Of a stretch of DNA of 64,000 nt, positions 12,536 through 25,310 are shown piece after piece. The notes beneath the pieces are model-generated. The model made no database searches. It was given only the letters and a program-made list of their open reading frames with translations, and was not told the origin of the DNA. Each line of letters begins with the position of its first letter. Within the stretch, counting starts at the first letter, position 1. The position numbers were made by a program, and so were the translations under genes. Location: assembly GCA_965112155.1 (NCBI GenBank), contig OZ218103.1. The stretch is one strand, 5' to 3'. Origin of the DNA: Podarcis liolepis. Taxonomy: Eukaryota.

Positions 12536-14850
12536 AGGAGGTATAAAAGCCAAACATTCAAACAACAGCAGCATCTGATAGCCTAGTGACTTCCTTCACC
12601 CCATTTTAGCCTAATTTCTTTTCTTGGAAGGCCTAACTTTGTAATATGAGATTCAAGTGCATGTGAGCTTTTGACAGATTCATCACATAGTGAAAAGCAG
12701 AAGACCTGGCCAAGCATGTAAGTGCAGTACACCTACAGCTGGTGAGGAAACCAAGAACCAAAACTTTCTCTGAGCACATAGCATAGCACTGACAGACTTA
12801 GATGGATTGCCATTTCTGAAGAGTGGCAGAATACTTCAAGTCTTGAGCAGTTTTAAACAAATGATTTCCAATATATTCTGCAACTGCAGACACATGACGA
12901 GATGATTTTTTTGGTAGTGAACCAGTTTTGCACTGAAGAGAAACTCCCGCTCGGTTTTTAGAAGGTGAAAACACATTATGTGGCTATGGAGTAGTTAATT
13001 GAGGAAAAAAATTATGCAAGGCTTCCTTAGTGGTCAAAAGGAACACATTTTTGTGGGCTTGTGTTCCACTCTGGACCAATGTCGCACTATCAAGCTTCTG
13101 TGAAAACAGTGCTCATTTCAAAAATTAGAGGAGGAGGGGAATCACATGATGGCTTTACGCTAACATGGTCTAAAAGTCTCAGCGGCCACATCCAGCCACA
13201 GCTGTGTACACACCAGTGAAACCATCCCCTATCCCTGCCAACAGAAACAACGAGATCTGCTTTGTTTGAAGGTAGCTCCTTATCACTGACTGAAACTGGG
13301 AAGCAAGAGCAAAGCTACTACGAAAATTCCATGGAAACAGGATAGATTGTTGTGTTCTTTTCATGATCCCTTAACCTCTAAGTGCAGTTAAACAAACTCA
13401 CAGATCTGGGCTGTGGGTTCAAAACAGAGGCACCAAAAACTCAGTTTTTCAAAAATCCTGGGCTTTGAGATTCTAACACAGATTCCTGAAAGCATAGAAT
13501 ATTAACACTGCATATAGCTCTGTTTTCACCAACACCTTTGCCAACATTTATCCCAAATGATTTAGGGGAAACAGAGTTAGATGATGAAGATGATGACAAT
13601 AAGTGGAAAGAGCATACAGTGAAGAAATAAAATGTGATTTTTAATTCAGATAAAAAACAGGACTGGGGAGAGTGGTTATGATGGTGTTATGGCCCTCATT
13701 CCCTGACTGTTAGTTTCAGCAAGGTCCAACATTATCAACTGTAGAAACAGAACAGTAGGAAAAAGGATATATAGTGTTAAAGCAGGTATGTTTCCATGCA
13801 CTTTTCACCAAGGTGTATCCCTTGGGTGGCAAGAGATTTGAGTGTATTATACAAGATGATAAAACTCAATGGAACAGGTATACACCATATAAAAATGCAG
13901 GAGTTCTAGACAGTCTGTGGTCCCTTTCACATTTGTATCTCAAAGTCCTGGGTGAGCAGAAAAAGACAAAGTTAAATGGCTTCCTGCTTACCTTAGAGGA
14001 CTTCTGTTTCTCAAAGCACAGGAATCTAGCCAGATCCCTCTGTTCTACATTGCCTATGAAAACTGCTTATGTTTTCTAAAACCATAATCATGAGAGTTGT
14101 GGTCCAAAACATCTGGAGGACACCAGATTGGGGAAGACTGTCTAAAACTAACAGGAAACATACTCTGCCATTAGTATTTTGCTATGGGTTAAACTAAGAA
14201 CACTAAATTCCCATGGCTTTATCCATTTCTACGTTTTAGCAATTTCCTCATGGACATGTGAAGAGCAGAAACAATCAGTCTTCTCTCAAAGTTTAAGTGA
14301 GTCACATGTGATCAAAATTTGGTCATGTAGCCAAGGTTCTCAATCAAATGCATCTTAACTGGGATGCTTTGATGCAGGTAATTCCTAACCCTTATGAATC
14401 TTTGGAAATTGGTCTCAAGTTGATTAAACATAGGCGCTGTTCCATGCTTTTTTGATTGACTAGGCATGCAGCAATCACAAACCGAGCTGATGTTTTAGAA
14501 CTGAACAGAAATTTAAATGTTCGAATTTTAAAAATTCAGAGGTTACCTCAGAATTCAAAACTTGACTTGTTTTGATCACCTCTAAGGGGACGCTTCCTGA
14601 TCTGAAGCAAATACTGAAGCAAAATATAAAATATTGATATCAAATAACACATGTTGCTAAATATACAACATTCACAGAACAGCTGGAACATATTTGAGTA
14701 TTAGATGAATGTTTTAGTGAATAGTCAACATCAAAATTCACAAAGGAGATTTTTTTTAACAGAATGGGTAACATGGGGTGGAGATATTTGTTTACCACTG
14801 TATGCAAGTTAAGCCCCATCTTACCTCAACCTGGCCTAGCTTCTTATTAC

Positions 14851-15178
14851 CTGTGCAATGACTTCAGGGTCCATGGGCCGGTGGTTATTAAAGCTCTTTG
14901 ACCTTCCAGTGGTCACATTTTTCCGGATGTGGGGGCTATCTATCCTGTTCTTCAGAGAGGCATGCCGGCTGAGCGAATTGAGGCTCCCATGGCCACTGAT
15001 GGAAGATGCATCTGGTACCTCTTTCGGGAGACTTTGGCTCATAATGGGTTGTGAGGAGGGACGTGAACTGGCCACAGCTCCTGGTGGGACTGGTTCTCCC
15101 AGGGAGCTGGGCAGCCCATGGCTGTCACTTTGACGGAAAGCTCTTCGTATGCTGCCAGACTCTGGTCTCTTTCTTTGC
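14851..15178 (-). CDS. SRGAP2: SRGAP2 exon 21 (QRKRPESGSIRRAFRQSDSHG...HRPMDPEVIAQ)
   Basis: 328 nt, acag|G...CAG|gtaat; overlaps ORF 14836..15075; phase 2-0. Confidence 0.95.
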
Positions 15179-15344
15179 CTGTCACCATAAAAGAAGCGGG
15201 GGGTGGGGTGGGGGGTGGGGATTAAGTGTTATAGAAGTTGCATTTCAACACAGGAATCCCAGAAAGGCAATGAAAGGATACTGAAATCGCAAAATAAACA
15301 TTCTGAACTAAATCACCTTTTCCACTCTGCTTATAATAACAAGC

Positions 15345-15550
15345 CAGCATGAAGGTTAGCGCGTCAGAACAGAAACAGGAAGGACCCAGGTTCTACTCTC
15401 CACTTAGCCGCAAACCTCACTGGGTGATTTGAAGCCAGCCAGCTTCCCTCAGCCCACTTTACAGGGTTATTACAGGGGGAAAGCAGGGCAAGAATCAGGC
15501 ACACTGCTTTGGGTTACTTGAAGGGAGGGTGGGCTTGAAATGTAAAATAA
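15345..15550 (+). mobile_element. Degenerate MIR/Squam2-like SINE
   Basis: gacccaggttc ... ctcactgggtgatttg core; diverged. Confidence 0.5.
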
Positions 15551-15805
15551 ATGATTGATTGAAACAAACGGTTTCAACATTATCGGCAACCAAATGGGAA
15601 GTGTTTCAGTACTGCAAATGTTGGCCTACTGACCTGGATGTCAGAGCTGCAACTAGTAGTATACCCCCGGTGGGACAAAACATTACATAAAACAATACAA
15701 ATAAGCTAAACTAGTTCAACTGCTCAAAACTAAACAAAAGGGAAAAAAACAATGATCAACACATACATTGAAGAGTAGTAATACAAAACCGATATTAACT
15801 CTTAC

Positions 15806-15952
15806 TTATTGATATTTGCAAGATAAATGTCTGCAACATGGCTCCCACTTGGGCAGTTGGAACCAGCTCTGGCAGTCACCTTTTCTTCCGGTGGCTCTGA
15901 ATTTACTTCTATTTCAGATTTTGGGCTTGATCTTTCTGATACTCCATCCTCA
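15806..15952 (-). CDS. SRGAP2: SRGAP2 exon 20 (EDGVSERSSPKSEIEV...HVADIYLANINK)
   Basis: 147 nt, ctag|T...AAT AA|gtaag; phase 2-2. Confidence 0.95.
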
Positions 15953-16262
15953 CTAGAGAAGAAAAGAGCCACAACCACAAAACCTATGTTACACCCTCAA
16001 GATAAGCCACAGTAGAAGTCGCAATAGCCCGAACAATTTTATCATCAGGTTTTTTTTAATGCTCTCAAATTACAACATTTCATTTTAATGCTTTACTTAA
16101 AGGCTGGGTGGTGTACTTGGACCCTGAGATCAGGCATAATGCAGCTTGTAAAACTAAGATGCTCTTTTTTGGGGGGGGGTTGTTGTTGTTGATTATTTTC
16201 ATATGATCACATGAAGCAGCTGAGCATGTGTATAGGACAGCAGTGAGGGATCTGGAAACCAA

Positions 16263-16950
16263 CTATGAGGAATAATTGGAAGACCTGGGCATGCCTAGCC
16301 TCAAAAAGGTTAAGGGAGCGGGGGCGGACTTTGGTAATATGGTAATATGAGTGAAGACAAAATCCCCCCAATCCCTTTTGGTACAGTTCTTTTTAATAAG
16401 CTTTTTGACTTTTAATATTATGTTGCGCCCCCTTGGCTTAGCGCCCTGTGCGGGGGAACCACCCACACTGCCCAAAATCTGGCGCTGAAAGGAGGCATGA
16501 TAGGCAACTTGTATTATCTGAAGGGCTGCTATGCAGCAGATGAAGCTGACCTATCCTCTGTTGCTCCAGAGGGCAGGATTAGAATGCATGGGTGGGAATG
16601 ATAGGGAAACAGATTTTGGTGACACTTCCTAATAGCTAGAGCTGTCTGATAGGGAATGGTGTGCCCTCCATCCTTGGAGGTATTTAAACAGAGGCTGGAT
16701 GCTAATCTGTCAGGAATGTTATGTTTGCAAGATCCTGTATTAAAGCATGGGGGTTGGACTAGATCAGAGCTTTGCAAACTTTTGATGCCAGTGACACACT
16801 TTTTAGACACGCAAAATTTAATGACACGGTTTGACTAGCAAAACGGGGGTTAAACTAACCCTTTTCCAGTCCCAGGAGCAGCACGGAGAGTGTACATACT
16901 AACATGTTGCGACAGTTTGGAAAGCTCTAGGCTAGGTCCTTCCCAACTCT
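16263..16950 (+). mobile_element. CR1 3' fragment with nested insertions
   Basis: ttggaggtatttaaacagaggctggat and gggttggactagat...ccttcccaactct CR1 tail, interrupted at ~16320-16490 and 16765-16930. Confidence 0.7.
16765..16930. mobile_element. hAT-like MITE nested in the CR1 tail
   Basis: TIR cagagctttgcaaact / agtttggaaagctctag. Confidence 0.65.
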
Positions 16951-17073
16951 TCGTTCCTAATACTTTAAGGTGCAAATAGACATTTCAAGATATCTTCTTC
17001 CTCAGAAGCAAAATTAAATCTGAGCCCTGTTTATCCAAGTACCATGCCCCAATGGTCTTAAGAGGTAACATAC

Positions 17074-17254
17074 GTGTCCTGGACAACGATGTATTGATGG
17101 GGGATCAGGCCATCAATTCCGTTGTGACGGCCCTCCCACCAGTCGTCAGAGGCCCGGTGATAAAGCAGGAGGGAAGCCCCCTTTTTAAAAGAGAGCTCCC
17201 GTGCTGTTCGGCCGCTGTAGTCAAATTTGGCTATTGCTTCAATAGGTTCACATT
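17074..17254 (-). CDS. SRGAP2: SRGAP2 exon 19, SH3 domain ([26 protein letters not shown]...[23 protein letters not shown])
   Basis: 181 nt, gcag|AA...GAC AC|gtatg; SH3 signature; phase 1-2. Confidence 0.97.
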
Positions 17255-17789
17255 CTGCAGGAAAAAGAAACAACATTTCAATGAATTTGCATATCAGTGT
17301 TTAAACCATTCACCTTAAAAAGTAAAAGTGAGGAATTCAAATATCTATATATGTTGTCAGCTGAGATACTGGAGGTCAAATGCACCTGGCAAATGAGGCC
17401 AGGCCATTTAGAAGAAGCACGTTATACACCCTCCAAAGCTTTAGAGGTCTACTGCTACCAGTGAAATGTTCACGGATGCTTACCTCTATGGTGAACTCAA
17501 CATAACTGTCCTGGCAGCTGGGGACAGGTGGGCTGGTCCACAGGATTTCCAGACACACAGTATTTTCTGTACTATGCAAAGAATTGCTCAGTTGGGAGTA
17601 GTCAGGTCACAAAATGATAGAGCCTGTGGAGACCTTAATGGCTTCTTAGGATCTGGATCATGCTGGGCCTGAAAGTTGCAGCAGAACAACTTGCCAACTG
17701 CTGCATGAGGGGAAGTTAAATGAGGCACAAGGGGTTCACAATCCACATGTACAGGCCCTTGGTCTGGCTTGTCGTCAGGGTGGCATGAG

Positions 17790-17886
17790 ATTGTGAGATG
17801 CTTTAGTTGAGATTCCTGTTTTGCAGAGGGTTGGACTAGATGGCCATTGGGGACCCTTCCAACTCTACAATTCTATGGTTCTATGC
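17790..17886 (+). mobile_element. CR1-type 3' tail
   Basis: gggttggactagatg...cccttccaactctacaattctatggttctatg. Confidence 0.7.
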
Positions 17887-17939
17887 TTATTGACAAGGTA
17901 AAGGCTCTAAGGGTTTCTTCACCTAGGTGTGCACATAAG

Positions 17940-17942
<3 letters not shown>

Positions 17943-17974
<32 letters not shown>
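17943..17974. repeat. (CA)n microsatellite
   Basis: Direct reading. Confidence 0.95.
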
Positions 17975-17976
<2 letters not shown>

Positions 17977-18294
17977 CTTCAGTGGATACCTAAATATATG
18001 CAGTCTAAATAAACGTTGTGAAGAAGATGCTTGGAAACTGTATTGTAATAGGTCCACCAGGGACCCAAGAATGCCTGTAGCTCCCTGTAGAGTATACAGT
18101 TAGTGGCAAAAGCAGGTTTGTTTCTGCACAGTGGAATGGCCGGCTGGACATACTGCTCCATAGGGTGGAAGTTATTCCAAATTATTACATTCCCAAGCAA
18201 TGAATCCCAATAGGGATCATGAGCAGAGTCTCCCTGCACTGAGGTTGCCCCACCCCTTTGTAATCCAGTCCATGGTTCTCGTCTACAATCTAAC

Positions 18295-18496
18295 TGGGAG
18301 GAATTCAACATCATGCTAAGTGGGTTGTTCCATTTGCACAAGCATTTTGGCTTCCCGGATGAAGCGATCCCACCTCTCCTAAACTTCCTGAGCCAATGTC
18401 AGGGGAAATAGCGGGTACCCAGGAGGCGGGGAGGAAAGCCCTGTTGTATATGCAAAAGTCCATGTTGACAGGACTCATTAGTTGAATCCCACCCAC
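18295..18496. mobile_element. Old dispersed TIR repeat; related copy at ~22127-22300
   Basis: Ends gggaggaattcaac / gttgaatcccaccc; shared internal ggacttttg...caacagggctt. Confidence 0.5.
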
Positions 18497-19510
18497 TGTA
18501 TTCTAGCTCTGCCTCTCTTTTGTGACTGGTTATCCCACTTCTTTCTGCCTTACCACCTATGATGACCTCTACAATTGACCCCTCAGTCTTGAGCCTTGCT
18601 CTTTCCTCCCTTCCTAGTCTTGGCAAATTTTGCTTGGCTCAGATGAACACACTCATTCAAAAACACATTTTTTATTATTACTGAATTCACTCTCCATTTG
18701 GATAGCCTTTCTCCTTGGCTGATTTTCATTATGCAATAAGTCACTACCTAAAAGCCCAACAGCATGAATCAGGCAGCAACTTAAGTTATGCCTCAGAAAA
18801 GTTCCATGTTCGAAGAGGAAGCCCTTCTTTGGGCAAAGACAATTGTGATCTGGGTAGGCTCTCGCAGGAAGTACAGGGCGAACATGTCTGAGACAAAGAG
18901 ACTTCAGCACCGCTGCCTGACCCACCAGCCTTTGGAGCCCCTCGAACCAAGAAACTGAGCTTAACCCCCGAGGCTGAAAAGTACAGAGACTGGCTGAAGG
19001 CCAGCCAAGCAAGCACATCTGTAAGACTGAAAATCCAGTAATGGATTTTCCAGAAAGAGAAAGAGTTATCTGAACTATGCATTGCAAAGTAGTTTGTAGA
19101 CAGAGAGCTCGAGTAATCAGCTCACACTAGTTAACAAGGTTTTACCTGGGTAACAAATCATGGTTGTTTTTAGCTGGGTTGGAGTGTTTTTTTCAATGAA
19201 TACTCCTTGAATTGTGTGCTTCCCTGTTTTCCTCTCGCTTGTTTAGTTTCTGGCACCAACTAACACATTTCTTAAAAAAAATAATGGGCCTCTATTGTGC
19301 ATTTTATTACCAGCTAGGGAATTGTATATTTCAAATAGCAATTGTTTATTATATCAAAATCAACAGGCCACTTAACTTCCAATATTCCCTTTTGGAATTT
19401 AGCCTTTAGCCTGGCAAAGGATAATGACCTCTAATGCCCAGCAGGCCTGCACTACAGCTGGGGGATAAAAATCCAAAATAGCTACTGGTCCTCCTTTCAA
19501 CTTTGAGCCT

Positions 19511-19775
19511 GTTGTTGTTGTTTAGTCGTTTAGTTGTGTCTGACTCTTCGTGACCCCATGGACCAGAGCACACCAGGCACTCCTATTTTCCACTGCCTCC
19601 CGCAGTTTGGTCAGACTCATGTTATTAGCTTTGAGAACACTGTCCAACCGTCTCATCCTCTGTCGTCCCCTTCTCCTTGTGCCCTCAATCTTTCCCAACA
19701 TCAGGGTCTTTTCCAGGGAGTCTTCTCTTCTCATGAGGTGGCCAAAGTATTGGAGCCTCAGCTTCAGGATCTGTC
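19511..19775 (-). mobile_element. BovB (RTE LINE) 5'-truncated 3' end
   Basis: ORF LKLRLQYFGHLMRREDSLEKTLMLGKIEGTRRRGRQR typical of the BovB C-terminus; (CAA)n tail. Confidence 0.9.
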
Positions 19776-20479
19776 CAAAAATAGCTAGTGATCCTCCACT
19801 CAACTTTGAATCTAGGCGTGGCCTATTAGTCTTTGTCCATTAATTATCACTCAGTGGACCAGGAAAGGATCCAACATTATTGCAATTCACACTCGACATA
19901 GCAAGAGACAATGGAATTGGGGGAGAAAACCATCTAATCCAATTCTCAGTCTTAAGGCACGACTGTTAAACCTATTAACATAAACTTCATGATTACCTGA
20001 TGATTACAGCTAGGATGGCTTACAGATTATAGTTAAGATGCTTTAACACACAGTTAAGATGGTTTAATATCATAGGCAGGAAAACAGGAGCAAAAAAGAG
20101 CCCCCTAATTACTAAAACTGTGCACTTGGATTTCCAGATAGTTCAAGTAAGCAAGTCATAGAGATGTTAACAAGAGAAATTCAGAGACCACAGCTCTTCT
20201 CCTGTAGTACATCTCCATCTTGCTACCTTGACAACAGCTCACTGAAATCTTTGCGATCAGTCAAGTATTAAAACTGGCATACCAGATTTGTGGCTCTAGC
20301 TAAGAAACATGAGGAAATATCTTAAACACACCTTGCCTTGCTGGTAAATTCTGTTTTGTCCAATAAGCCTATATACACAGGGATGACACCCACGTGCCAA
20401 AACGGCTTTCCCATCTCATGCCAAGCTTGAAAGTAAATGTTGCAGCCAGCTTTGAAACAGCTGTCAAACAACTGCTTAC

Positions 20480-20559
20480 CATCATCGCTGGTATGGTGTT
20501 CAGTGACCATATCCTGAGCTGCATCTTCCGTGGAGGCTGTCTCTCCATGGGGGCTTTCA
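20480..20559 (-). CDS. SRGAP2: SRGAP2 exon 18 (ESPHGETASTEDAAQDMVTEHHTSDD)
   Basis: 80 nt, gcag|T...GAT G|gtaag; phase 2-1. Confidence 0.94.
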
Positions 20560-21319
20560 CTGCAAGAAGAAAGACAGAGAGGGCTACGTTGACGGGGCAT
20601 GTTTTCCTGTTTTTTCAAAAAAGAAAAGAACTGGCTGGTAAATGGTATGTGGCACCAGGGGTATCCCAGTGACACTTGAACTTTTGGGTGGAAGAGCAAT
20701 GTTTGATGGAGACATGCAAAGCATGTAGTTTGGAGAGTAGCAACCTTTTGAGGCTTGGGTGGCAATAGTAATTTCTCTCCTTAAGATTAACTCTGCAGGG
20801 GGTGGGGGACAAAAGCTCCTACATCACACGGACTTGTCATAGATGGGGCTTTTGGAATAGGTCAGAAGATGGGAGGCACATGTCCTGGTCCAACATCCCG
20901 AAGAATATGTGGTGGTCCATCTACTCCAGCACATGTGAAGTTCCCGTACGCTGAATTTGACTCTTGGTCCACCTAGCCCAATATAGTTTACTCAGATTTG
21001 CAGCAGCTTTCCAGGGTCTCCTTTTAACTTAATATGCTGGTGACTAAACTTGGAACCGTCTGCGTGTGCTGTACTACGGAGCTATGGGCCCTCCTAACGG
21101 TTTAGCTGGTGCCATGAAATGCTTGAAAAACATGGGGCATGAGGTGTGTTGTGTGAGAGCTGGGAACAAAGGCTTGAAGGTCTATCAGCGGGTGCCACAT
21201 GAGGTGAGGTTCACGTTGCTAAGCTCTGAATGGGACCTGTCTAAGATGTAAACTGCCCGCAAGTTTTGTGACATGGTAGAAAAAAATTCTTAATTAAATA
21301 ACTAAAGTACCCCTTGTCT

Positions 21320-21580
21320 GTCTCACAATGGCTTCTCTACAAACAATTCGAAGTGCTAGCTTTGACTTCCAAACTCCTACACTGCTTGGGACCCCCATAC
21401 CTAAAGGAATGCTCCTTACCATATGTACCTACCCAGGCCCTGAGGTCATCGATGGAGTCCCTTCTTCAAGTTCCCTCTCAGAATGAAATTTGGAGGGTAA
21501 TTCCAAGGGAGATGGCCTTTTCAGTAGTGGCCTCCCCTTCATGGAATGCTCTTGCTAGAAAGACTTATCTAAAGTTTTGC
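21320..21580 (+). mobile_element. L2 LINE 3' fragment
   Basis: Degenerate ORF with L.CLGPPYLKE and AFSVVASPSWNAL, typical of the L2 ORF2 C-terminus. Confidence 0.7.
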
Positions 21581-22578
21581 CTACTTTATAAGATCTTATT
21601 AATTAATTAATTTTGTATATGGCATTCCGTCTGTAGATCTCAGGTCAATTCACAATGGTTTGACATCAGGAAGACTTTTTTTTGTTCATTGGGGCTTTAT
21701 TATTTATTGTTATCATTTTATTATAGTATTTGTTGAATGGTAGCATTATGTTCAGATTTTAGCTTTTGTAGCTGGGCTGTATTTTGTGGCTTTGTGTCTA
21801 TCTTGGATTGTGTGACTGGATTTAAACCAATGTGGGTCAGTTTTACTGATTTATGTCTTTATTGAGTGGTTTCCTTTGCCACCTAGATAGTATTTTTATC
21901 AGGCAGTTCATAAACTGAACTGAACTGAACCAGCGAAATAAACACGTTCTGTTCCATATGCTCTGCATCAGGCCCAAGGCTCAGGATAGACAAGTAAATA
22001 CTTTAGTTATGTTGGTTCAAATTTCAATCCCCCAACTCAAAAGGACATCAGTCATCCTGTAGCAGTAGATTTCTTGCATCGTTAGGAATCTGGACTAGAA
22101 GATCTTTGAAGTCCCTGCCAACTCTGTGGGTGGGATTCACCTAAACAGCCCCAGAAGTCAAAGCCTACTCAAGGACTTTTGTTCATGCAACAGGGCTTCC
22201 CCATACTATGTGATCCAAAATTGCCTGGGGGAACATGGTCAAGAGAGGGGCAAGCTACAATGCTTGCAGAAACAGAACAATAAATTCCACATTATGATTC
22301 TGTCTGGAAATACTAGTTGCTTTCCTACTGTTTAGTTTCTCCCTCCTGCACAATTTTTCTTTCCTTTTTTAAAATTTCACCAAGCTGCCCCCACCGTTAA
22401 GCCTCAGAAGCTCTTCCAAATACAGATGACACTTGGCACAAGTTGTGAAAATATATCAGGCCAAGATGCTGTGTATTTTTTATCTAGCCTGCCATAAGCG
22501 CTGTGCACTCAATGCAGACACATCCAGAGATAGGGCATAACAGAGCCTTGTTCCCCTGAATGAGAAGACCAGGATATA

Positions 22579-22837
22579 CTGTATTTTTCACTCTATAAGA
22601 CGCACCAGACCACAAGACGCACCTAGTTTTTGGAGGAGGAAAACAAGAAAATAAAAATTCTAAATCTCAGAAGCCAGAACAGCAAGAGGGATCGCTACGC
22701 AGTGAAAGCAGCAATCCCTCTTGCTGTTCTGGCTTCTGTGATAGCTGCGCAGCCTGCAATCGCTCCATAAGATGCACACACATTTCCCCTTACTTTTTAG
22801 GAGGGAAAAAGTGATTCTTATAGAGCAATAAATACGG
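22579..22837. mobile_element. Tc1/mariner MITE, family B
   Basis: TIR ctgtatttttcactctataaga / tcttatagagcaataaatacgg; TA flanks. Confidence 0.85.
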
Positions 22838-22959
22838 TAATAGGAACTAGACAGCTTCTGTACACTTCCATAACCGGACCTAGCTTTCCACCAAATCCCT
22901 TGGTCAAGGCAGCGAGATAAGGGGAGTGGGTGCATGCGTAGAGCCTAGGGAGGAAGCCA

Positions 22960-23217
22960 CAGTGGTGGCTGGTGCCAGTTGGGAGTGGTGGGGGAGAAAG
23001 TAGGGAGGCAAATGGTAGGTGGAGGCAGAGGCAATGTCAGGCAGAGACAGCAAATTCTAGTTTTCTCCTCCTCCTCCCTGCTTACAAAGGCAAACTGAGA
23101 CTAAGGAGGAAGAAACCATTGACCAGAGCCATCCCCTGGGGGAGGTGAATTTGGCTGAACACAGACTGAAGCTGGTGGGGCAGTGCCCCATTTACCCTAA
23201 TGAATCAGCCTCCACTG
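22960..23217. mobile_element. Old TIR element (hAT-like)
   Basis: cagtggtggctg / cagcctccactg imperfect TIRs. Confidence 0.45.
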
Positions 23218-25271
23218 TCCTCCCATTCTCTCTCCCCCCACCCCAGTAAGTAGATGTCGGACATGCTAAGTACCCATACAGTACATCTGGAAGGAAATAT
23301 AGGATTTGTTATGCCACCCTACCCCTCATTTTGGGGTAGATCTGGAAATGTAGGAAGCTGTTGTGGATGCCACAAAATAATCAAGTCACAGAATTAAAAC
23401 TGGTGATGCTCAGAACCCGCCCCCAAACAGGGGTCTCCACCCCAATAAAGTAGACAAAAAAGCAAGCAACTGCCCCCGCCAGCCCCCCAAAAGGTACACT
23501 TTGAACTGAACAACCACCCACACCCAAAAATCCATTAAAAATAACTGGGAGAGAAAGGGGACCTTAGTGGGCACAGAATTCTTCTGTGAGTGAGCATGAC
23601 ACCTGCAGCAGACTATATTTAGCCTTGTAGCTTACTAGATCAGAAGTGCGAAAAAGATAAGACAATTCAGACATTTACAGGGACTTCAGTATTAATCAAA
23701 AGGCACGATTTTGCCCTATTATGATTGTACCAATATCAACTGGGTGGCTGGGGAAACCCAGCCAGACGGGCGGGGTATAAAAAAATTAAAAAATTAAAAT
23801 TACTTGTTTGTGTACAGTTGTAGACTGATTTTTGGTCTCTCTAAAATCCTCAGATTTCTTCACAGTGGAGTGCTTTGTATCATCTTTTTTAGGAATTAAC
23901 TGACCGCCATTTTTAATAAAAGTGTGTGTATGCATATGCATGTTGAACAAAATGGAACATCTCATTACAGTTAATCTATATGAAACCCCAGCTTTTGAGT
24001 GCACCCAGAATCTGCATCTTAGGAGATGACAGGCAGTCCTCCTATATTTATCAAAGCATGTTAAGTAAGACATTTAAAGGCAATGGTGAACATTTCAGAT
24101 TTTGAGATAATGAAGCTTATTATAAAAATGTACTGATGTACAATGCAAAGATATGATCCCATGGCATTCCTGCCCCCACCCACAAGCTCAATCCTCATTC
24201 AGAATTAATTTCCTTGGTTGAAAGAGATACTGTTTTTCTAACTCTTATGTGGCCATTTATGTACTGTACTGCAATGAGGCAGAACACTAGAAGAATTTAA
24301 GACAAGAAATACTGTTACAATATGTTGAGAGAACTAGCTTAGCCGCTAGGGGACCCCTATGCCATGTATGGTAGAAACATCTGAGGTTCAGAGCCCTCCA
24401 CACACTATGACTTAATCCTATGATACTTATGAAGCAAAGGTCGTATTTCTCCTAGCTTAATTACTCTGCACATAAGATGATGAACTGAACTCCTTTGCCT
24501 TCAAGGGAAGAAATGTCTGGTGAACTCACATGATCTAGTCCTTTTTCTAGAAACACAATGATTCCTATCACCTTGTGTTGGATAAATGGTCTTGTGGTGT
24601 GTGCAGGCCAATTTGTTTCCCAATGTTTCACAAAATCAAAACTTCTCACTACAGTTTGTCCCTAAAATGTTGAACCATGCACAAGGGTTGTGGTGCACAT
24701 GGACATCTGAAGTGAATGGAAATTAAGTTCATGGTAGAAAATTAAATGGGCACTCAAAGTCCATTTAAGACAAATAGATTTGAGACAAATAGATGTAGTA
24801 ACAAAAAAAGAAAGAAAGAAACACCTGCAATGTATAAGGTACTCTTCACATTCATACTGAGAAGGATGAGGAGCATCTGCCCAGCAACCAAAGACACATG
24901 TTCAATGAAAACTGAGCAAGATACATGTTACACAATGGAAACAGAATGTATGAACAATTGCTTTATCTGAGATACTAAGAGGGTATATGTCCTGAATAAT
25001 GCATTTTTCTAAAACACTCAAATAAACATCCTGATGATTGGCGCCCACTGACGATGCATTAGTCTTCTGTTAAGGGGGGAGGAGGGTGGGAATGTGGAAA
25101 AACCAATTGTTCTGTTGATGTCATGCTTATATTTTTGAAAACTACTACAAATCTTTTAAAAAGAAAAAGAAAAAAGAAAAGTGGGAAAGATAGCAAGGTC
25201 ACTATTTTTTTTAGTTCAGCAGGCTACATATCTGAGGTCCTCTTTGGGCAATACTTTGCTCTGCCACCATT

Positions 25272-25274
<3 letters not shown>

Positions 25275-25306
<32 letters not shown>
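25275..25306. repeat. (CA)n microsatellite
   Basis: Direct reading. Confidence 0.95.

Positions 25307-25310
<4 letters not shown>

Noticed and set aside
13179-13234. Acceptor-like ttgtttctgttggcag in the last intron
   Set aside because: Immediate stop (GGA TAG) in phase 0, and no supporting donor or other evidence
20560-20765. ORF extension upstream of exon 18 starting LPPKPQK, identical to a motif in the recalled SRGAP1/3 alternative exon
   Set aside because: Wrong position in the gene (intron 17, not 11/12), no good acceptor, and the rest is unrelated; judged coincidental
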